Shown piece after piece: positions 13,136-27,128 of a DNA stretch of 64,000 nt. Each line of letters starts with the position of its first letter. Within the stretch, counting starts at the first letter, position 1. The stretch spans positions 48,732,001 to 48,796,000 of the forward strand of contig OX597822.1 of NCBI GenBank assembly GCA_951406725.2, in the 5' to 3' direction. Made by a program: the position numbers and the translations under genes. Under the pieces are notes generated by a model. That model was not told the origin of the DNA. It saw nothing but the letters and a program-made list of their open reading frames with translations, and searched no databases. This DNA comes from Octopus vulgaris (Eukaryota).

Positions 13136-13194
13136 GAGGACATTGTCGATGTGAACGAATACAACACACAGGATGTCGAGAGGCATGTGAACAG
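13136..13194 (+). CDS. RECK: Internal coding exon of a RECK-like gene (N-terminal part of first CC domain)
   Basis: Long polypyrimidine tract + ccag| acceptor, cag|gtcagt donor, 59 nt, phase 1 to 0. Translates (G)GHCRCERIQHTGCREACEQ, resembling vertebrate RECK ALCCNHSKDNQMCRDVCEQ as recalled. Confidence 0.65.
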
Positions 13195-14065
13195 GTCAGT
13201 ACAGTGTTTATCTTATAACTATGTGATCGTAGGAAAGAACAGCGGTGCTGTTGGGGAGCATATATATATGCACGTGCGCGTATGTGTGTGTGTCTGTCGG
13301 TGTGTGTGTGTGTGGGGGGGGGGGTTGTGCGTGTGTGTGTTTGTGTGTATATATATGACGGGCTTCCTCGCAGGGCCGAGGTTATAGTAGAAAGCACTTG
13401 CTCAGGATACCTTGCAGTGGGACCGAACCCGAAATCACGCGGTTACAAAGCGAGTTTCTTAATCCCTCGCCCACGCTGCATGTTCAAGGGTTTTTGAGAA
13501 TGGCTAGCCGTTGGCCATGCATGCAAATCTCCTCTACACCTCACCAACGATGTTTATCCAAGACAAACACCACTGATTTGTTTCGATACTGCTTGGCACC
13601 AGGTGTCGTTACAGGCGTTGCTGTCAGAACACAAACAGCTGCATCAAATACCGCAAGGCTTCTTGCGCGACACTCACTCGATCAATCCCGCCAATCTACT
13701 GCACTCTGTTGGTACTTTTGTATGGATTTCGGCGGGATGTGAACTCAGTGTAAAGAGTGTCGGAGTAAATACCACCAGGCATTTTGTCCGACTCTCTAAA
13801 AGACTTTGCCAATTTGCGGGACCAAAGCACCATGTTGTTTCTTTGATATCAAATGTGTAGATTGTGTTGTCGAAACTCTGGCAGATATTCTTAGGCATGA
13901 GGGAACTAAAACCAGTCGATGGGCCCGGGATGAAAGAGCATGACGTGACAACAAAGCAGCAATTAGATCTTAGATGTCTCACGATGGACGCTTGGCATTC
14001 GACTACAAGTAGATATGTGCCCTTTACCCGACGTTAGGGGCCGGAGTAAACTGCAGACTGTAGAT

Positions 14066-14380
14066 CACTGGTTCTCAACCAGATTCAATGTGGCCCCTGG
14101 GGTCCACTTAAGCAAAATAGTAAATTAGGTCCGCAATATTTCTTTAAGGGTCCACGAAAAGATTTTGTTTTAGATGTATTTATTGTAAGAAACGACCAGG
14201 CTTTTTTCTCAAACGTTTTCCATCGTTCAATCAACACAAATAAACGTGTGAAGAACAAAATAGTAATTTTGAAAGAAATATCTATAAAACTAGCTTTAAA
14301 CATCGAATGGCTATGCATGTCTACCAGGGTAAAATATTGATCAAAGGGGTCCATAGATAAAAAGCAGTTGAGAATCACTG
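14066..14380. mobile_element. hAT-type MITE
   Basis: TIRs CACTGGTTCTCAACC / GTTGAGAATCACTG; partial ctgta flank duplication. Confidence 0.7.
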
Positions 14381-14830
14381 CTGTAAGCTATTTTATTGTC
14401 TTCCTCGACGGCGAGAGTGTCACAAAAAACAAAATGGCATTTGTGATATAATGGCGGTGAGTGGCAAATCGTCTGCCTTTTAGCGGTCTGTCCTATGAGC
14501 TTTATCGATGCATTCCAGACTTGTTTTCCCTCCCCAACCTTCTTGGCAGATGCCTTGCAATTGGAAACAAGCAGAGAACTTTGCCAGCCATGTATACCAG
14601 AGGTGTTGGCAGTGCCGAGGAATTACGCGAAAATGTACGATTTCCGACAGGTTTATCCATAACGATCTCTTCTTCATGTGATTCCTCGTATAGAAATTTT
14701 TGTGGATCTCTGGTCCACTTGGATCAAAGCAAAGATTTTGTTTTGCTTTGGCAACCATCAGTAACTTGTCGCTGTCCTTCGTGGAGCCGCTATTGGTTCT
14801 ATTTGCAGGGGAAAAACCGCTTCAATAATC

Positions 14831-15246
14831 AAGGAAAGTGATATAGATATAGTCTTACAGCTGTTTCTGAGATATTATGGATATCCCTTCATCAGCATCC
14901 CTTCGAATGGACAACACAGAATCCACGGCTCCATACTTAAAAATGGCTAAACATGGACTACTATTGGAACTTACATACCATGTTCAGGAAACTTTTTACT
15001 ACTCTACTTCTATACACCACTATACACCACTTCACTCGAATAATGGAACTGCAACTACAATGTTTTATATTTTATATCTACTTTCATTCTCTTATTTTCC
15101 TTTGTATTCCCTATCTCCTCCTTTTCCACAATAAATCCTTATTTTGAACGCAAACATTTACCTCTATTTAACCATCTCACATCAATGAAGGGATATCCAT
15201 AATATCCCAGAAACAGCTGTAAGACTATATCTATATCTCTTTCCTT
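14831..15246. mobile_element. Inverted pair of hammerhead-bearing pLTR fragments
   Basis: 62-bp arms 14831-14892 and 15185-15246 (2 mismatches), each (CTG)ATGA-A-GGGATAT(CCATA)ATATCYC-A-GAAA-CAGCTG-TA-AGAC. Confidence 0.65.
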
Positions 15247-15296
15247 CTAAATGCCCTGATAAACTCCTGACAGCCATGGCTTTGATATCTCTTTTG

Positions 15297-15341
<45 letters not shown>

Positions 15342-15359
15342 CATATATACACACATACG

Positions 15360-15394
<35 letters not shown>

Positions 15395-15395
<1 letters not shown>

Positions 15396-15484
15396 ATACC
15401 AAACGAGTTCCCTATGGATACCGTATTTATTACAAGCCACGAGTTGTAATAAATACGGTATCCATAGGGAATGAGTTTGGTATT
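15395..15484. repeat. 41-bp-arm hairpin at the end of an unclassified element
   Basis: aataccaaac..ttccctatggataccgtatttattacaa / ttgtaataaatacggtatccatagggaa..gtttggtatt with an 8-nt loop. Confidence 0.8.
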
Positions 15485-16006
15485 TTATTTATTACACACG
15501 AATAAACGACCATATTTTATTAACCCAATAACTAAATTCTTCACATCGTGTTGAAGCGCGCATGAATACAGCTTGATTTCACGTCAGTGACGTCACAATG
15601 TGTAACTGTAAAAGATGTCATGCCGCAGGAAGATAGTCCGACTTTTATAGCGCTCTGCACTGCAAGAGTATCGACGAGCAGACGAAATATGTTGTGATTT
15701 TTTGGCAACAAAAAATTGAATTACCACCAGAAATGTTTATATTTTATGTGTATATGACTTTAAGTGATATCTGGTATAAAAAAGATAGTATGTTTGTTTA
15801 ATTACATGGCTACATTCTACCTGCTCGTGAAAGTAATGAATGAAGTTTAGTTGTAACTTATGAATGACAAAAGTAGTGCCGTCACCGTGATTGACCAATC
15901 AGAAGCAGCGCTCACAGTATCTGACATATGTTAGATACCAAAAATATTTCTCAGTGTTCTCACTCACATGTGAGTAATAAACGTATGTATACATACTTAT
16001 ACATAC

Positions 16007-16046
<40 letters not shown>

Positions 16047-16047
16047 G

Positions 16048-16078
<31 letters not shown>

Positions 16079-16084
<6 letters not shown>

Positions 16085-16276
16085 TATATAGAAGGAGTTT
16101 ACAGGACTAGTACTGTTTCATTCAAGAGAAATCTTCAGGAAGTGCTTCCTGAAGATTTCTCTTGAATGAAACAGTACTAGTCCTGTAGAAGCTCCTTCTA
16201 TATAATAAATTAATTTTACTCTGCTATGTATTGAGTACCTTACTTACTGTGGTTAACCCCGAATCAACCCGGGACC

Positions 16277-16278
<2 letters not shown>
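16079..16278. mobile_element. Near-perfect ~64-bp-arm hairpin built from two hammerhead-bearing pLTR fragments
   Basis: 16079-16142 and 16145-16210 are reverse complements with a 2-nt loop. Each arm has CTGAAGA-TTTC(TCTT)GAAT-GAAA-CAGTACTAG-TC. Flanks are (TA)n. Confidence 0.65.
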
Positions 16279-16313
<35 letters not shown>

Positions 16314-16315
16314 GT

Positions 16316-16352
<37 letters not shown>

Positions 16353-16385
16353 CGTATACATACATATATATATATGTGTGTATAC

Positions 16386-16419
<34 letters not shown>

Positions 16420-16878
16420 GTATATTTATATATACATATACGTATATATGTATATATATGTATACGTATATCTATATATATATATCTATATATATATATA
16501 TATATGTAAAAATACGTCACATATGGAAGTTGCACTAACATGGCACAAGCTTAAGATTTGACATACAAAAACACATTAAATGTCCCGTACACTTTTGTGA
16601 GTGCGTGCAAACGCTAATGCGTGCCTGTGTGAGCATGTGTGTGTTGGCGCGTAGGAGGGCTGTCAGTAATGAGTAAACTAGAACCACCGTCCATTTGTAA
16701 ATACGAGCCAGAAGGGATTTAATGAAGTCCTTATGTATTTCAAGATCAGCACCCATACGATGACTCATACATACGTGCGCGTGCATGTGTGCAGGCATAC
16801 ATAGCTGTATATATACACATATATATTCTTACGGATATAATCACACGCACTTATAGATATATATATATACATACATAC

Positions 16879-16942
<64 letters not shown>

Positions 16943-17128
16943 GTACATGTATACATACATATAATCTTTTATACATATAAGGCCAGGTCACTGAGTACAG
17001 TTTTTTTGATAGCTTCTACTTTAGTCATGTTTTGCACTAAATATATATAAAGGGCGGTGCTCCAGCATGGCCGCAGTCAAACGAAAAAAAAATACGTACA
17101 GACGCAAGCGCACGCACAAATACATATA

Positions 17129-17201
<73 letters not shown>

Positions 17202-17357
17202 CATACATCTCCGCAACAACATGGTTTCGGGTTCAGAGTCACTTCGTGGGACCTTGGGCAAGTGTCTTCTGCTATAGCCTCGGGCCGACCAAAGCCTTGT
17301 GAGTGGATCTGGTAGACGGAAACTGAAAGAAGCCCATCGTATATATATGTATATATG

Positions 17358-17561
17358 TGACCTCGTGTGTACCGTTGGCGACTTTATTTTTTCTCTGTCT
17401 TCCCTTCTCTGGATCTTTCCTTCTCCTATGTTTCCGACGAAGAGCTCCGCTCGAAACGTTAAACCCTCCTTCTTCCCTTCTTTCCTGAGCGTCCAATAAT
17501 ACTATATTTGTTCCACGTCCTCGCGTTGTTGTGTTTTTTTTGTGTTTTCTTGTTTGGATTA

Positions 17562-17565
<4 letters not shown>
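17358..17565 (+). mobile_element. Solo Penelope-type pLTR with hammerhead motif (17430-17464, U4C variant) nested in a SINE's internal (TA)n
   Basis: GTTT-CCGACGA-A-GAGC(TCC)GCTC-GAAA-CG-TT-AAAC. Downstream ttcctgagcg...taatac is shared with the pLTR at about 47895. Confidence 0.7.
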
Positions 17566-17658
<93 letters not shown>

Positions 17659-18721
17659 TGTGTGTTTGTCCCTCTGCCATCGCTTGATAACGTGTTGGCA
17701 TGTTTAACTCTCCGTAGCATAGCGGTTCGGCGAAAGAGACTGATAGAATAAGTACTAGGCTTGTTCGATTAAAGGAGGGGCTCCTGCATGGCCGCACTCA
17801 AGTGACTGAAACAAGTAAAAGAATAAAAGAATAAAAGAATATATATATATAATGTCTTCTTTCCTTTTATTCTTTTACTTGTTTCAGTTATTAGACTGCG
17901 GCCATGCTGGGGCATCGCCTTGAATTTATAGTCGAATGAATCGACCTCGATACTTAGGCATGATACATATCCTATAGGTAGCTTTTGCTGAACCGCTAAG
18001 CTACGGGGATGTAAACACACCAACACCGGTTGTCAGGTGGTAATAGGGAGACAAACACAGACACAAAGGCACACACACATGGATATATATATATATATAT
18101 ATATATAATACATACACACACACACATACACCCATATACATATATGAACACACACACACACACACGCGCACGCACACATACGCACACACATACACACACA
18201 CACACGCGCACGCACACATACGCACACACATACACACACACAGACGCACATAGACACACGCATACCCACACACAAACGCACACACACACGCACACACAAA
18301 CGCACCCATATATATACATAAATATAAATGACAGACAAATGTAATCTTGAGGCTTGACGACCGCCATGCAGGAACAATAAGCAAATACTCTTCTTGCCGT
18401 TGTGTGTTTCTGTCCTGCATGGAAGTTACAAAGCATTAAAATTACACTGTCAATCACACACATACACACACACACGCACACGACAGAAACAAATATATAT
18501 TTGTATCAAATTCAATTATTACTCTTTATTAATATTTCATCCGTTTTTCCCTCGGAGGTTGCGTGGAGTTCTTTTGATCGTTCGTGATTTACGATATTAA
18601 GAAAATAATGACCTATGCCTATACCTGTCTCACTATCTGTCTCTCTCTTTCTTTCTTTGTATCTATCTATCTTGCATACATTGATAGAACGATGGTTACA
18701 GATACATATATATCGTGTATA

Positions 18722-18753
<32 letters not shown>

Positions 18754-18805
18754 GATCGATAGATATTAAAAATAGATATAGAGAGATATTATATATATAT
18801 GTATG

Positions 18806-18847
<42 letters not shown>

Positions 18848-18893
18848 TCGATAGATATTAAAAATAGATATAGAGAGATATTATATATATATG

Positions 18894-18965
<72 letters not shown>

Positions 18966-19085
18966 CATATATATGCACACACATATATATCTACAAATAT
19001 ACTTATGTAAAAACAGATACATATATATACACATACATCCACTTATACATATATGTGTGTGTGTGTGTGAGTGTGTATGTGTATG

Positions 19086-19119
<34 letters not shown>

Positions 19120-20486
19120 TGTATGTATGTATGTATGTATGTATGTATGTATGTATGTTGTTAAACGCTCGAAATACGAGACTAGAAAAACAGCCAACAA
19201 CTGATGGAAGGGTTGTTCTTTATGTTTGTTTTGTTTTCCATTTGTGTCTTTCGTTGTTCGAAAGAATAAATAGTTCATGTTCCATGTACTCGTGCTTCGT
19301 ACTTTTTTCTTGTACGTATCTGTACCTAATTGGTGCGCTTGTTATAAAGTCGAATTTTCATTTTAAATTATAATCCTTCCGTGAGAGGTTTGTGTACCCT
19401 TTACTTTTCCTATCATTTCCATTATCGCCCTTAAAGGGCCAGAATCCCCTTCATTTCCTCATAATTATCATTTAGCACCTACCAACCCTTTCACTGTCAC
19501 TACCTTGACACCTTCGTTGATGGGAGTAAAATTTGTCCCTTTTTATCTGTCTCTTTTACCTGAGTGGACAAAACACAACGACATCTATAATAAAAATAAT
19601 AAATATATAAAGAAATTATACAAACAGTTTGGGTCTACTTTAATTTTGTTTCACTCGCCTTTATGATATCCCTAAAGGGTCAATTTCAGCCCTAAACATC
19701 ATTCATCATCACTTGTCCCCCTTATTTTGGCAACTTTATCTCTTGAATTTAACCTTTGTTTGTCCAAAGGTCATTTCCGTTTCAACGCATCTTTTGTATA
19801 TAAAAATAATATTAAGTTTGTCCCTCTTCAAGATGTCACGGAAGACACGCTCTCTCCCGTCAACCCCCCTCTCTCTCTTTCTCTCTTTCTTTCTTTCTTT
19901 CTTTTTTTTTTTGCTCTAACTGCTCTCTTTCCGTAGCTCGCCAACACCAACCACGGTCGCCAACATCAATCACAAAAGCCTCCTCCCACCAACGTTATGC
20001 GATGAACCGCCTCTCCTCGTCATCTCCCCACACTACCTTTTTAAAAAACCCTTTCTTAACGATGGAAGTCCTTTCACCACATTAAAAAAAGAGTCCTCCC
20101 CTTTATTCCTGCTATGATTTACCTGTAAATGCCTGTTGCCGTACAATTTGCTTAAATTTTATTGGGGATCCACCTTCAAGGGTTTTTATAATTGATCACA
20201 TTGACCTATAATATTTAATCTGAGCAGCCATGCTGAATTCGGTTGCATGTTTTCATGAAAAGATTGTCCCCCAGTACAAAACAGGAGTGACGTCACAGCC
20301 GAACACTGGAGCGACTCAGCAATATGAGAATCTCCGACTTCTAATGTTTAACAACGACTAAACACATTCACTTCGTTTATATATACTCCAACACAAACGT
20401 GGAACGGTGTTCGCTGAGGGATTTAGCCTGGGAAAACAACTCTTTTGAGTATCAAAACACAATATGCTCCAAATGATACCCACAAA

Positions 20487-20533
20487 CTGTCAGACACCGG
20501 TGTTTCGGGATAATTATCCCTCCTTAGTGACAG
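20487..20533 (-). ncRNA. Hammerhead-like motif with G5A core mutation
   Basis: Minus strand: CTGTCA-CTAAGGA-GGGAT(AATT)ATCCC-GAAA-CACCGGTG-TC-TGACAG. All three stems are perfect. Confidence 0.7.
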
Positions 20534-20621
20534 AGACTCCGCCTGAGATATTTTAAAGCTTGCTAGAAACTGCCCTTACGCAGAAATCAGTTTATAACAT
20601 TTTCTGATCTTTTTATGTATC

Positions 20622-20753
<132 letters not shown>

Positions 20754-20856
20754 GTGTGTATATATATGTATATATAGAGAGAGAGAGATAAAAGATACAT
20801 AAAATGATGAGAAAATGTTATGAACTGATTTCTACGTAAAGGCATATATATGTATA

Positions 20857-22367
20857 CACTGGCCAAAATAAGTTTAAGACCGATGGTGGCTGGTCTATTC
20901 CTTCATTAATTTATTTTTAACAAAATTGTATAAAATTATTTTACTCTTTACATTTTATGTACAATTTTTTTTCTCTTTTGAATGACATAGGCGTTATATA
21001 TCTTTCTACAATTTGAATAATTCAAATGATTAAAAATTGTCGGCAAAATAGGTTTGAGACTGTACCAACATTATTTTGTTTAAATTGAAAATTTACGTCA
21101 CTAATGATCAACAAGTAAAAATTTATTATTAGTATCTAGTTTCATAGCCATTATTTTCAATTATGGCCTTACAACGGTGGGATATAAAGTTCGACAAATG
21201 AGCACAAAAATAACTTGGAAGATTCTGCCATATTTCTTCAATAAAATTATATAATTGGGACAAATTAGCATGAACTCGTTTAGAAACATAATTCCATAAA
21301 TTTTCTTTCGGATTCAAATCTAGGCTCTGCGGAGGCCACTCAATAACCACCATGTTATTGCGCTGAAAATATTGCAAAACTTTCCTTATGAACGGGGCAA
21401 TTGTCGGTGGCATCTGATTATTTAAATATTGCAGCACATTTTCATTTACTATTTACAAATAGCCTACACTGTTCAGTCTACCATCAACCTTAACAATTGG
21501 ACCAAAACCTAAGCTGACACACTTAGGATGGAATTCTTCAGTTGGATGGCGTCTAATATAAGTTTTTCCAGAAGCGGGATTCGTCGCTCCAAAGAACTCT
21601 TGACCATTCTTCGACCGTCCATTCAATGTAGCTTTTGGCAAACTTAATCCGCTTCCACTGGTTCGTCTCAGAAATTATCGGCTTCTTTCGAACAGTCCAA
21701 CCTCATTTAGGTGGTTTCTGACAGTTTGTGGTGTAAAGCAGATGTCAGTTTCATCAGATAATTGCTTGCAAATGTCCACTGCTGTTGGCATTCAGTTACT
21801 TTTAGAAGGCACATAAAATTCGCCGATCCATCTGTACTGTTGTTTTTCTCGGTGCACCTGTTCTTTGCCGATCTTTGCATTGGCCAGTGGCTTGGTAAAG
21901 CTTCCATTCTTCAATACAAGCCGTTTTGCTGCATCCTAATTGCTTGCTTATGTTCATGAAGGACACATTTTGTTGATGAGGCAACACGATCTTTGATCTA
22001 GTATTTGGGCTGATACCACGAAACTTTCCCATAGCGAATTAATGTGCAACAATGCTCAATTGTTAAACAAAACAGTGCCGTATGACCAACCATATGACCA
22101 CCCATTTGGTTTACTAATCTCCATAATCTTGGTATGATCTTAAACTTATTTTGCCGACAATTTCTAATCACTTAAATTAATTGTGCATTTAAATTACTCG
22201 AATTGTAGAATGATGTATCGTGCCTGTACCATGCCTATATCATTTGAAAGAGAAAAAAATTCTACATAAACTGTAAAAAGTAAAATAATTTTATACAGTT
22301 TTGTTTAAAATATATTATTAAAGGAGAAGAGCTGTCATCATCGGTCTTAAACTTATTTTGGCCAGTG
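20857..22367 (-). mobile_element. Tc1-family DNA transposon, degenerate, IR/DR-type termini
   Basis: ~210-bp TIRs starting CACTGGCCAAAATAAGTTTAAGACCGATG, with inner direct repeats near 21042 and 22140. TA on the left, TG on the right. Confidence 0.92.
21129..22032 (-). pseudogene. Tc1 transposase, frameshifted
   Basis: N-terminal MGKFRGISPNTRSKIV...ISKQLGCSKTA (paired-like HTH), TGAPRKTT, and C-terminal WPPQSLDLNPKENLW...CKAIIENNGYETRY, split over several ORFs. Confidence 0.9.
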
Positions 22368-22381
22368 TGTGTGTATGTGTG

Positions 22382-22425
<44 letters not shown>

Positions 22426-22889
22426 TGTATATAAAATGTACACACACACGCACGCACACACACACACACATATATATAAAACGTGTGTGTGCGTGTGAAT
22501 GGGTGTGCGTGTTTTATGAGTGCTGGTTTAAAGTGGTTATGTATAATACATTATAATTATATGTAAAAAAAAAAAACGAATATAATAACCTAATTATATT
22601 AATAAATATAAAATGAAATATTTACCTATAATTATATAAGATTAAATATTTATACCAGCTGTAGGTATTTAATCCCAGTTGCCTGTGCACGTTTAGCCAA
22701 CGCGGAATACGTTCTGTTTGACGTTGGCAACAGCCTAACGGGTGAGGAAATTCGTAAATTAAATTTGTCGCGTCTGCTATCCTGTCTGTAATTTCCTGTT
22801 CACCGTTAATGTTTTTTTTTCATCTCTTCTATATTGATAAAGTGTCACTATTATATTAATAAAGTACTCTTTAAAACGAACATCTAGAG

Positions 22890-23111
22890 CATTGGTTCTC
22901 AACCAGGATCCATATAAGATCTTGTTAAAATTTTTGTCAATTTGTACACTACACAAAATAAATATTTTAACATGTTTATACTCTTTTCCTAATAATATTT
23001 AATTATATAAATATAATAGGATTTTTTAAAATATCGAATGGCTATGAGGATCCACTTGAGTAAAATTGGAGCCAAAAGGAGTTCATCAGTAAAAATTGGT
23101 TGAGAATCATT
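22890..23111. mobile_element. hAT-type MITE, same family
   Basis: CATTGGTTCTCAACC ... GGTTGAGAATCATT. Confidence 0.6.
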
Positions 23112-23490
23112 TTTTATTCATGGACTCATTGATCCAGAGAGGTATAGATTGTCTGTAACATCAGTGTGTGTTATGCGTGTACATGTGTATGTGTGTGAGT
23201 ATGTGAGTGTGAGGGTGCGGGCGCACGTGTGTGTATAAGTTTGATTGTGTTTCAAATCAGGATATCTGAGGAAGTGAATGAACAGGAATGTTATTATTAC
23301 ATGTGTTGCACATATCGCATGTATTGTGTAACTTTGTGCAGTACGGAATAAACGATGTTCGTTTATGGAAACGATTGTAACATCGATTTGAATTCTCTTC
23401 TCAGTGAAATTATTATTCATTCTGTGGGACTAATATGGCTACTGGATCATACCTTGGATTCATGTAATGCTGCTGAGGTGACCGACCGGA

Positions 23491-23800
23491 TTGGATATCT
23501 ATGGACAACTGCTTCGAAACCTCCAGCTTCTATATCCAAACTATGAATTCATATTCATACCAATAATAATTGGAGCACTAGGTTGTGTTAGTAAATGCTC
23601 AAAGGAGAATCTGGATAAAGTGGGATTTTCAGAAAGAGAAACTGACCGGCTGATTCGTACACTACAAGTATAATCTCTGAGTGAAGCAGTAAAAAATACG
23701 CAAGACTTTTCTGTAGTTTTCTGTTAACTACATCCCAAAGATGGAGCCTTGTATCTTTGTTGGGAACCGGCTCCCTCCTCAGAGAAAGATTTATAATAAT
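23491..23800 (+). mobile_element. 3' fragment of a second R2-superfamily (RLE) LINE
   Basis: YGQLLRNLQLLYPNYEFIFIPIIIGALGCVSKC...LIRTLQV; ends in taataat. Confidence 0.7.
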
Positions 23801-23817
23801 TAAAAAATAGAAGAGAC

Positions 23818-23888
<71 letters not shown>

Positions 23889-23895
23889 AATCTAC

Positions 23896-23930
<35 letters not shown>

Positions 23931-24019
23931 TATATATATATATATTTATATATATGTATATGTATATATATATGTATATGTATATAGATATATGTATATG
24001 TATACACATATGTATATAA

Positions 24020-24050
<31 letters not shown>

Positions 24051-24158
24051 TATACATATATGTGTGTGTGTGTATGTGTGTGTATGTGTGTGTGTGTGTG
24101 TATGTGTGTGTGTGTTTATATATAGAGAGATACAAATAGATCTAGAGATATATGGATA

Positions 24159-24196
<38 letters not shown>

Positions 24197-24790
24197 AGTG
24201 TATGTTGGGTGTGTGTCCACACCCGACATATGCTTGCGCTAAATTGATATTATTTAATGCATGTGCGTTGTGCACGTGTCTGGTTGTTAGTGTTTACGTA
24301 TTTATATACGATTGTGTGTGTGTGTGTTCTATATTGTTATTGCTTCCTTATGAAGCAATATCAAACAGATGCACCATTCGTTAAACTTTTAACAATGACC
24401 CTCTAACACACACGCACACACTCACACACACATACACACTCGCACTCACATACACTAACATATGCATAAATATATCTCGCACACTCACAAACACACACAT
24501 TCGCACACACATACTCACATGCACACACTCACAAACCCACACTCACACACACTATTCACACACACTCACACACACTCATACACACATTCACACTCATACA
24601 CACATGCACACACTCACAAACCCACACACACACACACACACACTCATACACACATTCACACTCATACACACACACACCCACTCACACACACACTTACACA
24701 CATACACTCACACGCACACTCGCACGCACTCTCTCTCTCTCACACACACATACACTCACACACACACTCATATATACACTCACACACACA

Positions 24791-24821
<31 letters not shown>

Positions 24822-25499
24822 TCTCTCACATTCACACACACTTACACACACATAGGCATAAATATATCTCGCACACATACACACATATAATAAATATCTT
24901 TCTCTCTCACTCACACACCCAACATCCCTTATCACAACCACCAACACCAGCATCTCCACCACCACCACCACAGACGGCCAATACTGTTATCGATGTCAAC
25001 GGTTCGATGTTACATAGATATCAATTTTGGGCGTTACGATATTGTTTAAGGAGGATTTGGTTGCTATTTTTAACAGATCGGGAGACCACATAAAGATTTC
25101 ATTTTCATTGTCTTATCCTTGTGTCTGTTGAGTTCAATGGAGACTGTTGCGGCTTCTGCTATGACGACAATGAAGGCTTCCGATTGGTTAAAGTTAGATA
25201 ACTTTACAGGCATGTAACCTTTCTATTTAGAATTTCAAGAAAACATGAATGTGGTTTTTTGCTTCATTGTAGAAAATTTCTTTAAAAATGTGAAAATTCA
25301 AAATCCTTCAAGTTGTTGGAAAGAAATGAGATCTGTTCGTTGACGTCCACAAAGTAGTGGGGCAAACCTGGGCCAAAATAAACATTTTCTAAAGGTGCAG
25401 CATGACAGAATCGAACATGCAGCCATGTGGTTGTGAAACGAAAGTCTTAACCCAAAACGGCTACACCAGCGCCTATACACACGCATACACTCACACGTG

Positions 25500-25536
<37 letters not shown>

Positions 25537-26033
25537 GTATGTATAACCATGGTGTAAAATGTTAAGCGATATCCTGATGGCGCAAAACTCTCCTCCTCGT
25601 CGTCATCTTCATAGCCATCATCATCAACAATATCACTTTCACCACCACCACCACCACCAACGCCACCATCACCATCGCTGCTACCACCACCACCACCACC
25701 ACCACCACTATGACCATCACGTATAATCATCACCATCCATCATGAACGCTTTAATCATTAATCTGAAGACAATGATGGATGATATATGCTAGAGAATAAA
25801 AATAATAATAATGATAGTAATAATAATAATAATAAAAACAATTGTGGTAGTGGTGGTGGTGACGGCGGCGGGGATAGCGGCGTTAGTGGTGTGGTATTAG
25901 CAGCGGTGATACTGATGATGATGATGATTATGGGTGGTTGTGGGGTGGGGTGAGGGTGCTGGGGTGATGTGTTGGTGATGGTGATAATGAATTATGGTGA
26001 CGGTGATGGTTAGGGATGGGAGTGTGAGATGAA

Positions 26034-26082
<49 letters not shown>

Positions 26083-26159
26083 CCTATCACTCTGACAGTT
26101 TGTACCTGATAACATAAACATACCTTATCTAATTGCTTATCTGACAGTTATTTCTTTAT

Positions 26160-26161
26160 CA

Positions 26162-26202
<41 letters not shown>

Positions 26203-26204
26203 TA

Positions 26205-26253
<49 letters not shown>

Positions 26254-26258
26254 CATCA

Positions 26259-26289
<31 letters not shown>

Positions 26290-26297
26290 TATTATTA

Positions 26298-26329
<32 letters not shown>

Positions 26330-26359
26330 TATTATTTATTATCATTATCATTATTATTA

Positions 26360-26406
<47 letters not shown>

Positions 26407-26440
26407 TATTCATTCATACATTTATTTATTTATTTATTTA
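26160..26440. repeat. (TTA)n array; representative of dozens of (TA)n, (CA)n, (TACA)n, (GATA)n and (TAA)n tracts
   Basis: Direct inspection. Confidence 0.95.
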
Positions 26441-26711
26441 TTTTACTTATAAACCGGATTTCCAGCTTTTTTCATGGCCACAATTTACTTAAATTCTTTT
26501 TATACATACATACTTTTTACGAGTACACTTACTTTTTTTTATATACCCCTTAAAAGTCTATTTCTTGTGTACCCTTTTATATATATATACCTTTTAGAAC
26601 TTTATATATCTGCATTTTATACGCAATTCATATAAATTTATACGCAATTTTTATAAATACTTTTATTTATATACTGTTGATATACGGTTTTATATAAACT
26701 TTTTTTTATAT

Positions 26712-26881
26712 GCCGGAGTGGCTGTGTGGTAACTAGCTTGCTCTCCAGCCACATGGTTTTCGGATTCAGTCCCACTGCACGGCACCTTGGGCAAGTGTCT
26801 TCTACTATAGCCTCGGGCCGACCAAAGCCTTGTGAGTGGGTTTGGTAGACGGAAACTGAAAGAAGCTCGTCGTATATATAT

Positions 26882-26953
<72 letters not shown>

Positions 26954-27128
26954 TGTGTTTGTCCGCCCAACATCGCTTGACAACTGATGCGGTCACTTAG
27001 CGGTTCGGTAAAAGAGACTGATAGAATAAGTACTAGTCTTACAAAGAATAAGTCCCAGGATCGATTTGCTCGACTAAAGGCGGTGCTCCAGCATGGCCGC
27101 AGTCAAATGATTGAAACAAGTAAAAGAG

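Noticed and set aside
14400-14830. Overlapping 92-126 aa ORFs in unique-looking sequence
   Set aside because: No recognisable domain or splice signals; probably a decayed element.
18730-18900. Direct duplication of gatcgatagatattaaaaatagatatagagagata between TA tracts
   Set aside because: Simple slippage or assembly artefact; not a repeat-spacer array.
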